38,033 nt of DNA from an uncultured Roseivirgaceae bacterium. GTDB taxonomy: Bacteria; Bacteroidota; Bacteroidia; Cytophagales; Cyclobacteriaceae. The stretch covers positions 1 to 38,033 of the forward strand of contig CAZDQR010000001.1 of the NCBI GenBank assembly GCA_964507315.1. The letters are read 5' to 3'. A program made the translations under genes and the position numbers. Of this stretch, positions 6,736 to 15,384 are shown piece after piece. The notes beneath the pieces were generated by a model. That model worked only from the letters and a program-made list of their open reading frames with translations, ran no database searches and had not been told where the DNA came from. How positions within the stretch are numbered: the stretch's first letter is position 1; every line of letters starts with the position of its first letter.

Positions 6736-9381
6736 ATGTTCAAAATCTTATTAATATCGAGGGTAATAATTGGTTTGAAATTATTGATTTTTTTTATGAA
6801 GACAAAAGTTTGGGAAGACACTTCTATTGAGGCGAACATTTTTTATAATCAACCAACAGGGATATTAGCCTTTAATATCGAGTTTGAGATTACAATATGT
6901 AACAAATCTTTTTCAGAGAAAACCGATAAAATCGGAACAAGCATAAAAGGTTCCTACTTATTTGATAAGGTTAGTTTTGACGATAAGGCTTCTTCAATTA
7001 AAAGTCAAGTTAGAGCGGGCTCTAATTTTAAAAATTTTATTAGTATTGCTGAAAAGCGTTTTGAAGTTGATATAGTGCCACTTTGGGCCGATTCCAAAGT
7101 TGTTGGTGGTTCAATTTCTTTAGGAGAGGAAATTGAAGGAAATCCACAATTGAGTTACCTTTCTAAAACTGGGTTTAAATCAGTAATTGAAAGTGCCCCA
7201 ATGACGATGATGATCTTTAGAAAAGATGGTTCTGTCTTTTATACCAATCAGCATTATAAAGATTTATGGGATCTAAGTGATAAGGAACTCTATCTAATTC
7301 ATGAATATTATAATATTTTTGATGACCTGCAATTAAATAGCCAAGCGATAGGCCCTTATCTAAAAAAAGCTTTTGCTGGGCAATTGGTAGAGGTGCCTGT
7401 TATCAAGTATAAATTGGATTATTCCGGGCTTGGTCGTGTGAATTGTGAGGCAAAAGAAAATTGGATTTTAGGGCACTTTTTTCCTTTAGAGAATAATGAA
7501 AATGGAGAAAGTTTAGTTGCTGTTATTTTCTCTGAAATTACTAGGCAAATAGAAGCTGAACAGGCTTTTAAACAAAGCCAAGAGAGGTTAGAGTTAGCAC
7601 TCGAAGGTGGAGAGCTTGGTATTTGGGATTGGGATCTTGAGAATAATGCCATGGTTTATAATAAACAATGGGCAAAAATTTTAGGGTATGAGCTAGACGA
7701 GATCGATATGTTTTCTTGGACAGGTCTTGTGCATCCAGATGACCTTGGTTGGGTAGAAAAGAGGCTAAACGATCATATAGCCGGAAAATCGGATGCATAT
7801 TTTGCAGAATATAGAGTAAAAAGTAAGGCAGGGGATTGGAAATGGATACTCGATAGAGGGAAAGTAGTTGAGTTTAACCAAGAAGGTAAAGCTAAAAGAA
7901 TTGCTGGTACCCATTTAGATATTACCTCTAAGAAGGGAAGCGAAGTGGTACTAAAGGCCAGCGAAGAACGATATAGGAGCCTGGTTGATAATTTGCCTAT
8001 TGGTGTAGCTATTGTGCAGGATGATAAAGTGGCCTATGCTAATCAAGAGTTGCATTCAATTGTAAAATCTACCTCCAATGCTGATTTAATTGGAATGCCT
8101 GCTTCTAAATATTTTAAAGACCCAGAAGCCTATCACGAAAGGCTTAACTCAATTGTTGAGGAGCAGCGATCGGATGCAAGAAGAGAATTACAGATAACAG
8201 ATTTAGATGGAAATAGAGTTTGTATAGAGCTGACTTCTATTCCGTTTGTACTAAATGGAAAGCCTGCTGTTCAATCCATTGTAAATAATATTCAAAAGAG
8301 AAAAGAGTTTGAGGCTCAGAATTTAAAATCGGAAAAATTATTAAGTCAGTTATTTGAAAATGCACCAATGGGCATTGTAATGCTCGGGTTTGATGATGAA
8401 ATTCTAAAAGTAAATAAGGGGTTTGAGCAAATGTTCGGCTATAATACGCAAGAAGTTGTAGGTCGATTTATTAATGATATTATTGTGCCAGATGATTTGG
8501 CACACGAGGGTATTGAGTTTAGTAAAGACTCTGCTGAGGGCAAATCGCTGTATAGCGAAACATTTAGAGTTAGTAAGTCAGGAGAAAATGTTCCTGTGAT
8601 GATTCATACCTTGCCTGTAATTCACGATGGCCAGCGGCTTGGAGTGTATGGTATTTATATAGATTTGCGTAAGAGGGTTAAGGTAGAAGAGGAATTGAAA
8701 ACTCGAAATTTAGAGTTAGATAACTTCGTTTATAAAGTTTCTCACGATTTAAGGTCTCCTTTAGCGTCTATTTTGGGCCTTATTAATTTAGTAAAGTTAG
8801 AAGGTGGTTTTCAGGATAGTTTTGAATATTTAAAACTGATGGAAAACCAAGTACATAAGCTTGATCACTTTATTCACGATGTATTAAGCCATTCTAAAAA
8901 CTTAAAAATGTCGGTGGTAACCTCACCTATAAACTTTGAAGAGGTTATTGAAAAATGCATTGCTGACCTTAGCTATTTGCCAGGGTTTGATGATGTTATA
9001 AAAAATATAACAGTTGCTGGAGGAGGATTTTTGAGCGACAAGTGGCGCATTAACGAAATCTTTAGAAATTTAATTGCCAATTGTATTAAGTATAAAGATG
9101 GAAGCAAAAACACTTCTGAAATGAGTATTAATGTTAGTGTTGTAGATAATGGTTGCAATATTACTATTGAAGACAATGGCATAGGTATTGTAAAAGAGTG
9201 TGTTCCTCGAATTTTTGAAATGTTCTATAGGGCTACCGATACCTCAAAAGGTTCGGGAATTGGCCTTTACATTGTAAAAAATGCAGTAGAAAAATTGGGG
9301 GGTAGCATTAATTTAAAAAGTGAGCACACAAAAGGGACAATTTTTAACATTGAAATACCCAATTTAGAATCAAAAAGCTAA
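6736..9381 (+). CDS. Multi-PAS sensor histidine kinase (no obvious TM segment in the sensor part)
   Basis: At least four PAS/PAC-like modules (e.g. LELALEGGELGIWDWDL...YRVKSKAGDWKWILDRG). H-box SHDLRSPL; HATPase N/G boxes NLIANCIKY, DNGIGI, GSGIGLYIV. The start may instead be ATG 6796 (MKTKVWED). Confidence 0.9.
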   Translation: MFKILLISRVIIGLKLLIFFMKTKVWEDTSIEANIFYNQPTGILAFNIEFEITICNKSFSEKTDKIGTSIKGSYLFDKVSFDDKASSIKSQVRAGSNFKNFISIAEKRFEVDIVPLWADSKVVGGSISLGEEIEGNPQLSYLSKTGFKSVIESAPMTMMIFRKDGSVFYTNQHYKDLWDLSDKELYLIHEYYNIFDDLQLNSQAIGPYLKKAFAGQLVEVPVIKYKLDYSGLGRVNCEAKENWILGHFFPLENNENGESLVAVIFSEITRQIEAEQAFKQSQERLELALEGGELGIWDWDLENNAMVYNKQWAKILGYELDEIDMFSWTGLVHPDDLGWVEKRLNDHIAGKSDAYFAEYRVKSKAGDWKWILDRGKVVEFNQEGKAKRIAGTHLDITSKKGSEVVLKASEERYRSLVDNLPIGVAIVQDDKVAYANQELHSIVKSTSNADLIGMPASKYFKDPEAYHERLNSIVEEQRSDARRELQITDLDGNRVCIELTSIPFVLNGKPAVQSIVNNIQKRKEFEAQNLKSEKLLSQLFENAPMGIVMLGFDDEILKVNKGFEQMFGYNTQEVVGRFINDIIVPDDLAHEGIEFSKDSAEGKSLYSETFRVSKSGENVPVMIHTLPVIHDGQRLGVYGIYIDLRKRVKVEEELKTRNLELDNFVYKVSHDLRSPLASILGLINLVKLEGGFQDSFEYLKLMENQVHKLDHFIHDVLSHSKNLKMSVVTSPINFEEVIEKCIADLSYLPGFDDVIKNITVAGGGFLSDKWRINEIFRNLIANCIKYKDGSKNTSEMSINVSVVDNGCNITIEDNGIGIVKECVPRIFEMFYRATDTSKGSGIGLYIVKNAVEKLGGSINLKSEHTKGTIFNIEIPNLESKS

Positions 9382-9446
9382 TCGAAAGATTCTTCCTTTT
9401 ATATCACACTAGATTAAGTTAATTTTATCGGTCTCTAGTAAGAATA

Positions 9447-10019
9447 ATGGCCGAAGAAAATAAATACAAATTTTTAATTAGAAATTTAATAAAGGGCTTC
9501 GCCTGGTTTGCTATTTTATTAATGCTGTTTATCTATTTTAAAGATAGCATTAGTTTTCAGGCCGATAGTGGTTTGATGAAGTATGGGAATAGCCCTTTTA
9601 TTGTTTTTTCAATTTACTCAGTTTCGGAAATAATTATAGGAATACTCCCTCCTGAATTATTTATGATGTGGTCGTTAGAGCTTGCAGAGCATCGAAATTA
9701 CATTGTAGATTTAGCATTATTAGCTTCCATATCTTATGTTGCAGGAACATTTTCTTATTTATTTGGCAGGTATTTTAACAGCACTGTGCTATATCGTTAT
9801 TTACGAAAAAGGTATTTAAGAAAATACGAAGAAAATTTTAACAAGTTCGGAGGTTTTTTATTGGTTGTAGCTGCTGTTACACCTGTTCCATATTCTGCTA
9901 TTTGTGTATTAGTGGGTTCCGTAAAATATCCTATAAAAAAATTCTTTTTAATAACGCTCTTTAGATTTGCGCGATTCGCTGTGTATGGCTATTTGGTTTG
10001 GCAGGCAAGTTTAGTGTAA
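9447..10019 (+). CDS. Small polytopic membrane protein, YqaA/DedA (VTT-domain)-like
   Basis: 190 aa with 4-5 hydrophobic helices. LPPELFMMW and VTPVPYSAICVLVG blocks resemble YqaA-type proteins. Assignment is by eye only. Confidence 0.45.
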   Translation: MAEENKYKFLIRNLIKGFAWFAILLMLFIYFKDSISFQADSGLMKYGNSPFIVFSIYSVSEIIIGILPPELFMMWSLELAEHRNYIVDLALLASISYVAGTFSYLFGRYFNSTVLYRYLRKRYLRKYEENFNKFGGFLLVVAAVTPVPYSAICVLVGSVKYPIKKFFLITLFRFARFAVYGYLVWQASLV

Positions 10020-10022
10020 CAA

Positions 10023-11150
10023 CTAGGTGTAGTTTTCGGCTAAGGCACTAATAAAATAATCTAGCTCTTTAATAGTGGTGTATTTGCTAAAGCTTAATCT
10101 TAAATTATTAGATTTTGCCTTTCCTTTATAGATTGCATTTATAACGTGCGAGCCTTCTGAAGCTCCACTGGAGCAAGCGCTGCCTTCTGAAACACATACA
10201 CCTTGCATGTCTAATTTAAACAGCAGCGTGTCATCATAAGTGCCCGGTAGTTTTAGGTTAATGATATTAGATAGACTTAATTTATTGCTATCAGAATTCC
10301 CATTAAAAGTAATGCCATTTACAGCTTGTGCAAGGCCTGCTATTAAATGGGCTTTAAGTTTTATAAAGTGTTGTAAGTCGTTGTTTTTATTTTGAAATGC
10401 GACCTGGTAAGCTTTTCCCATTCCAATAATTCCATAACCATTTTCGGTTCCTCCTCTAATGCCTCTTTCTTGAGCTCCTCCTTGTTGAAACGGGGTTAGT
10501 TTTGAAGTTTTAGCATATACAAATCCAACTCCCTTTGGACCGTGTACCTTATGTGCAGAACCTGTAGCAAAATCTATGGGTAAATCACTTAGATTAATGG
10601 GTATATGGCCAAATGTCTGCACCATATCCGAATGAAACAGTGCTTTATAACTTCTGCATAACGTGCCAACAGTGTGTATGTTTTGCAAATTGCCTGTTTC
10701 GTTATTTGCATGCATTAATGAAACCAACGTTTCTGCAGGCTCTTGAAGAAGTTTTTCTAGTTCTGCAAGGCTAATTTCACCTTGCTCGTTCACTTGTAAA
10801 TACACAACTTCAACGGCAGTGTATTCCTCAATCCAGTGCAATGTATCTAACACAGAATGATGCTCAATTAGTGAAGAAATAATACGTTTTACTCGATGCG
10901 ATTGTGCAAGAGATTTTAATATAGCATTATTACCTTCTGTCCCTCCAGAAGTGAACAATAGTTCTTTTTCTTTGCACCCAAACAGGGATGCTAGCTGCTT
11001 TCGAACAATTTCTATCTTTACCCGAGCCTCTCTTCCCTTGCTGTGTACAGAAGACGGATTCCCATAATGCAATTGCATAAACTCTTGCATCGCTGCAATT
11101 ACTTCAGGATCTAAGGGTGTTGTTGCGGCATTATCCAGGTAAACCTGCAT
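10023..11150 (-). CDS. Cysteine desulfurase (NifS/IscS class V aminotransferase)
   Basis: 375 aa. N-terminal YLDNAATTPLDPEV, PLP-lysine motif SAHKVHGPKG, active-site Cys loop SEGSACSSG. Confidence 0.92.
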   Translation of the reverse strand: MQVYLDNAATTPLDPEVIAAMQEFMQLHYGNPSSVHSKGREARVKIEIVRKQLASLFGCKEKELLFTSGGTEGNNAILKSLAQSHRVKRIISSLIEHHSVLDTLHWIEEYTAVEVVYLQVNEQGEISLAELEKLLQEPAETLVSLMHANNETGNLQNIHTVGTLCRSYKALFHSDMVQTFGHIPINLSDLPIDFATGSAHKVHGPKGVGFVYAKTSKLTPFQQGGAQERGIRGGTENGYGIIGMGKAYQVAFQNKNNDLQHFIKLKAHLIAGLAQAVNGITFNGNSDSNKLSLSNIINLKLPGTYDDTLLFKLDMQGVCVSEGSACSSGASEGSHVINAIYKGKAKSNNLRLSFSKYTTIKELDYFISALAENYT

Positions 11151-11157
11151 GCAATAA

Positions 11158-12537
11158 TTAGATTAGCTCGTGGATATCTTGAATAATTTTATTGGCTAAA
11201 TTAGCTGCCGTAGTTTCCGATTCAGCTTCGGCATAAATTCTAATAATGGGCTCTGTATTAGATTTTCTTAGATGCACCCATTGCTTATCAAATTCTATTT
11301 TAACCCCATCAATAGTGTTTACGGGTTGTGAGCTGTATTTTTTTTCAATAGATGATAAAATTTTATCAACATTAATGTTTGGCTGAAGCTCTATTTTATT
11401 TTTAGATATATAATAAGAAGGATAAGTCGCCCTTAGTTGAGCACAGCTCTTACCTGATTTGGCTAAATGCGTTAAGAATAGTGCTATGCCAACCAATGCA
11501 TCTCTTCCGTAATGTAATTCTGGGTAAATAATGCCTCCGTTGCCTTCGCCACCAATAATGGTATTGGTTTCTTTCATTTTGGTTACCACATTTACTTCAC
11601 CTACTGCCGATGCCGTATAAGTGCCACCATGCTTTTCTGTTACATCTCTAAGCGCTCTAGTCGAAGATAAATTTGAAACGGTATTACCTGGAGTGTGGCT
11701 TAGTATATAATCGGCCACGGCCACAAGTGTATATTCTTCTCCAAACATTGAACCATCTTCGTTAACAAAAGCTAAGCGGTCTACATCAGGATCTACAACA
11801 ATGCCTAAATCATAGTGTTTTTTCTCCACCTCGGCACTAATTGCAGTTAGGTTTTCGGGGAGAGGTTCTGGGTTATGAGGGAAATTTCCATTTGGTTCAC
11901 AATAGAGTTCAATGGTGTTTTTAACACCAAGTGCTTTTAATAATTGAGGTATGGCTATGCCTCCCGAAGAGTTAACTCCATCCACGACAATTTTAAAATT
12001 TCTATTTTTAATTGCATCAACATCAACCAATGGCAATTTCAAAATAGTGTTAATGTGGTACTCTAAATAACTATCATTTTCTTGGACTTTGCCTAAGTTA
12101 TTAACTTTTGCAAAGTTCATTGAACCAGATTCGGCCAATTCAAGAATTTCTGCGCCATCAGCAGCTGAAACAAATTCACCTTTTTCATTAAGTAATTTAA
12201 GGGCGTTCCATTCCACAGGGTTGTGGCTTGCTGTAATAATTATTCCACCACATGCGTTTTCCTTGGGCACAGCCATTTCTACCGTTGGTGTGGTTGATAA
12301 GCCAAGGTCGATCACATTAATGCCTAAACCTGTTAGTGTAGAAGTAATTAGTTGATTAACCATAGGGCCTGAAGGCCTTGCGTCTCTACCAATTACAATT
12401 GTTTTTGACGTGTGATTTTTAACTGCCCAAGTACCAAAAGCAGCGGCAAATTTTACAACATCAATAGGGGTAAGGTTTTCACCGGTTTGGCCACCAATGG
12501 TGCCTCTAATACCAGAAATAGATTTGATTAAAGTCAT
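11158..12537 (-). CDS. glmM: Phosphoglucosamine mutase (alpha-D-phosphohexomutase family)
   Basis: 459 aa. SGIRGTIGG N-terminus, phosphoserine motif TASHNP, Mg site DPDVDR, sugar loop GGEGNGG. Confidence 0.85.
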   Translation of the reverse strand: MTLIKSISGIRGTIGGQTGENLTPIDVVKFAAAFGTWAVKNHTSKTIVIGRDARPSGPMVNQLITSTLTGLGINVIDLGLSTTPTVEMAVPKENACGGIIITASHNPVEWNALKLLNEKGEFVSAADGAEILELAESGSMNFAKVNNLGKVQENDSYLEYHINTILKLPLVDVDAIKNRNFKIVVDGVNSSGGIAIPQLLKALGVKNTIELYCEPNGNFPHNPEPLPENLTAISAEVEKKHYDLGIVVDPDVDRLAFVNEDGSMFGEEYTLVAVADYILSHTPGNTVSNLSSTRALRDVTEKHGGTYTASAVGEVNVVTKMKETNTIIGGEGNGGIIYPELHYGRDALVGIALFLTHLAKSGKSCAQLRATYPSYYISKNKIELQPNINVDKILSSIEKKYSSQPVNTIDGVKIEFDKQWVHLRKSNTEPIIRIYAEAESETTAANLANKIIQDIHELI

Positions 12538-12557
12538 CTGTTAACTGCAAGTTTTTA

Positions 12558-12565
12558 CAAAGATA
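12558..12565 (-). promoter_or_regulatory. -7 promoter box TATCTTTG for glmM
   Basis: The minus strand reads cacTATCTTTGtaaaaac. The G of the box is 21 nt upstream of the glmM ATG (12537). Confidence 0.4.
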
Positions 12566-12608
12566 GTGATAAATTCACCTTCTTATAGAATTGAAATGAT
12601 AGGGTATT

Positions 12609-12845
12609 TTAACGGAATGAAGAAACTACATTGTGTACAGCATTGTCTTCTTTATCGCACTCTCCATTGCCTTCTTCATCAAAAGTACGGCCGCAAAAGC
12701 CACAAGGAGCACCTGGTTCTTTGGCTAAATAAGGGTTTTGAGATGCGCAAGTGCCTTTAAATTTTCCGTCTTTTTTTAATAAAACACGAACCGACATTAG
12801 GGTAAAAAATATGGCAATAAATCCGATAACAACTAGTGTGGTCAT
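12609..12845 (-). CDS. Small single-pass Cys-rich membrane protein (possibly NqrM/DUF539-like)
   Basis: 78 aa from the internal ATG 12845 (MTTLVVIGFIAIFFTLMSV TM helix), then KGTC...PCGFCG...EC cysteine motifs. The upstream ATG 12875 lies 5' of the predicted -7 box. Confidence 0.6.
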   Translation of the reverse strand: MTTLVVIGFIAIFFTLMSVRVLLKKDGKFKGTCASQNPYLAKEPGAPCGFCGRTFDEEGNGECDKEDNAVHNVVSSFR

Positions 12846-12853
12846 AATTTGAA

Positions 12854-12871
12854 TATCTTTGTGCAAAGATA
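12854..12871. promoter_or_regulatory. Palindromic pair of back-to-back -7 boxes serving the divergent genes (mazG on +, small Cys-rich gene on -)
   Basis: TATCTTTG-tg-CAAAGATA. Each strand reads TATCTTTG, matching TAnnTTTG. The plus box is 12854-12861 and the minus box is 12871-12864. Confidence 0.45.
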
Positions 12872-12912
12872 ACACAATTGGTTATTGATTTGTTCAATTA
12901 TTCCTCCAAAAT

Positions 12913-13740
12913 ATGAGTAGCGCACGAGTGCCTGTAGATGCCAACAGAGAAAAAAAACTAGTTGCTTTTGATAAGCTTCTCACCATAATGGATGAGCTGC
13001 GAGCTCTTTGTCCGTGGGACAAAAAACAAACCTTAGAATCGTTGCGGTATTTAACGCTAGAGGAGGTCTACGAGCTATCTGATGCCATTTTAGAAAAAGA
13101 TACGAACGAAATTAAGAAGGAACTAGGAGATATATTTCTTCATTTGGTTTTTTACTCAAAAATAGCTTCTGAGAGGGGTGAGTTTGACATTGCGGATGTG
13201 CTTGACTCTATTTCGGAAAAACTGATTTATCGACACCCTCATATTTATGCAGATGTAAAAGTTAAAAATGAGCAGGAAGTAAGTGAGAACTGGGAAAAAA
13301 TAAAACTTAAGGAAAAAGGCAATAAGTCTGTATTAGGTGGTGTGCCTACTTCTTTGCCTGCAATGGTTAAGGCAATGCGCATTCAAGAAAAAGCGAGAGG
13401 TGTAGGGTTCGATTGGGATGATAAAGGACAAGTTTGGGAAAAAGTAGAAGAAGAGCTTGGTGAGTTTAAAGCAGAATTTAATATTGAAACGAATAAAGCT
13501 ATTGATGCCGAAGCTGCAGAAAGCGAGTTTGGTGATCTTATTTTTTCGCTTATAAATTATGCTCGATTTGTGGGAATAAATCCTGAAGATGCGCTAGAAA
13601 AAACGAATAGAAAATTTATTAAAAGATTTAATTACCTTGAAAAAACGGCTAAAAGTGATGGGCATACCTTGGGGGATATGACTTTGGAGCAAATGGATAA
13701 GTATTGGGAAGAAGCGAAGCAAAAAAAAGAGGCTCAGTAA
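12913..13740 (+). CDS. mazG: Nucleoside triphosphate pyrophosphohydrolase MazG
   Basis: 275 aa with two tandem MazG domains. CPWDKKQTLESLRYLTLEEVYELSDAI and EELGDIFLHLVF / SEFGDLIFSLINYARF EExxE/D-type motifs. Confidence 0.92.
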   Translation: MSSARVPVDANREKKLVAFDKLLTIMDELRALCPWDKKQTLESLRYLTLEEVYELSDAILEKDTNEIKKELGDIFLHLVFYSKIASERGEFDIADVLDSISEKLIYRHPHIYADVKVKNEQEVSENWEKIKLKEKGNKSVLGGVPTSLPAMVKAMRIQEKARGVGFDWDDKGQVWEKVEEELGEFKAEFNIETNKAIDAEAAESEFGDLIFSLINYARFVGINPEDALEKTNRKFIKRFNYLEKTAKSDGHTLGDMTLEQMDKYWEEAKQKKEAQ

Positions 13741-13758
13741 TGAGCCTCTTTTTTTTGC
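13719..13758. terminator. Bidirectional terminator, perfect 18-bp-arm palindrome between convergent mazG and the zinc-ribbon gene
   Basis: GCAAAAAAAAGAGGCTCA-gtaa-TGAGCCTCTTTTTTTTGC. The mazG TAA (13738-13740) lies in the loop, and the left arm encodes the last MazG residues. Confidence 0.8.
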
Positions 13759-13773
13759 TTCGTAACCTATTAA

Positions 13774-14526
13774 CTATCCCATAGAAACATTAGATGCATC
13801 TTCATGAATTACTAATTGACCAATTTTATGAGACGACTGTGATCGATGATCGCAAAAACCACATTCGTAGTATTTTACTAATTCTCCATCTTCGTCAGAA
13901 GTAGGTTTCGTAATAACATCTTCTTTAATTACTTTATAGGTTTGGTAGCCACATTCTGGGCATTCAGTTGCATGTAGATGGCCAGAGTATTTTTCAATTT
14001 TTGTAAACCCAGTTTCTTCATCTAGCCAAACATCGTAATCAATGCTAAATACATCTTCTTCGGCTTGCATCCCTTCATCTAAGTAAACATCTTCTTCGGC
14101 TTCACTCATTAACTTCATTGGCTTGCCTGTTTTGGGTGAAATTCTTGGTTTAAAGCGTAATTTTTTAAGTCTTTTTTCAAGGCTAAAAGGATAGTAAAAC
14201 TTAAGCATATTATTGGCAACTACACCAATAATAAAGGCAATAGCAAATGTTACAAAGGCCCTAATTATAAACCAGAAAACGCCAATTTCACCAATAAATG
14301 AATTAGCTAAAATACTTGCTCCAATTAAAAGAAGAATAGTAGAAGTCCATAAGGCAGCAATTTCATTCTCGCTTATAAAGTCGTATTTTATTTTCGAATC
14401 CTTAGTAGTTAGTAGTTTTAAATAGTGAATAACCGTACGAAATACTGCAAAAACTATAAAGAAAATGGCAGCATATTTACCCCATTCATTCCAAGTTTCG
14501 ATAAATTCTAAAGGAGCTTCTTCCAT
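13774..14526 (-). CDS. Membrane-anchored zinc-ribbon protein of unknown function
   Basis: 250 aa. Three N-terminal TM helices, an acidic linker (EAEEDVYLDEGMQAEEDVFSIDYDVWLDEE), and a C-terminal CPECG...(x29)...CGFCDH four-Cys ribbon. Confidence 0.8.
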   Translation of the reverse strand: MEEAPLEFIETWNEWGKYAAIFFIVFAVFRTVIHYLKLLTTKDSKIKYDFISENEIAALWTSTILLLIGASILANSFIGEIGVFWFIIRAFVTFAIAFIIGVVANNMLKFYYPFSLEKRLKKLRFKPRISPKTGKPMKLMSEAEEDVYLDEGMQAEEDVFSIDYDVWLDEETGFTKIEKYSGHLHATECPECGYQTYKVIKEDVITKPTSDEDGELVKYYECGFCDHRSQSSHKIGQLVIHEDASNVSMG

Positions 14527-14625
14527 TTTTGTAAGGTTTTCAGTTGTTAGGATTAAGTATTTATCGACAAATTTTTATATAAATTGAGCAATAAAGCACA
14601 ATATAAAGAAAAATTTGATAGAATT

Positions 14626-15384
14626 TCAATGATTTGCAACTCGATTATGATTGCAAAATTTATTTATAGCCTTAACAATCGTAGAGGGACTTTCGTACAT
14701 TCCCATATGTGCCACATCGGGTAATAAATAGCAATTATGCTTATTGCTAATGCCATCGATTTGAGCTATGCTATCTTTCAAAGAAACAGAGCTGTCTTGT
14801 ACACCCGCTATAAATAATGGGGCGAACTCCTTATATAATATATGTCTTGTATCGGGCCTGTCTTTCATAGCTTTTACATAATTTTTGATGACAACACCTT
14901 CTAAGCCCTTTGACATGTTAATTACTTTTGTAACATCTGCTTTAAGCCTTTTTGCATTGCTTTCTGTAAATAAAGAGGATGCAAACGAAGCTAGAAAATT
15001 AGTTGCCAGATTATTGTCTAGAAATTTCAGGAACTTATTACGAGTCTTCTTTTTTTCTGTTGAATCTGCAAAAGCTGTAGAGTGGATAAGGCCAATTGCT
15101 GATATAAATTTAGGATATTCTGATTTTAGTGCTAATGCAACATATCCACCTAAAGAATGCCCAATACACATGCATTGGGTAATTCCTCTATTTGATAATT
15201 TGGTTTTGATAAATTTAGCAACTTCAATTAAAGTGCCTGTTTTTTTGTTAGCATTTGATTTCTCAAACCCCGGTAGATTAATTGCTATGATTTCTCCTTC
15301 ATAATCTAATGAAGGAATAATGTGGTCCCATAAAGATTTATCTTCGCAAAACCCGTGCAATAAAACCAATACTGGTAGAGGCAT
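14626..15384 (-). CDS. Alpha/beta-fold hydrolase
   Basis: 252 aa. LLHGFCED oxyanion region, nucleophile elbow GHSLGG, C-terminal His (DVAHMG). ATG overlaps the dxs stop (TAATG). Confidence 0.85.
   Translation of the reverse strand: MPLPVLVLLHGFCEDKSLWDHIIPSLDYEGEIIAINLPGFEKSNANKKTGTLIEVAKFIKTKLSNRGITQCMCIGHSLGGYVALALKSEYPKFISAIGLIHSTAFADSTEKKKTRNKFLKFLDNNLATNFLASFASSLFTESNAKRLKADVTKVINMSKGLEGVVIKNYVKAMKDRPDTRHILYKEFAPLFIAGVQDSSVSLKDSIAQIDGISNKHNCYLLPDVAHMGMYESPSTIVKAINKFCNHNRVANH

Noticed and set aside
12566-12760. 64-aa plus-strand ORF.
   Set aside because: It is antisense to the better-supported small Cys-rich membrane protein and overlaps the glmM promoter box. There is no supporting signal.
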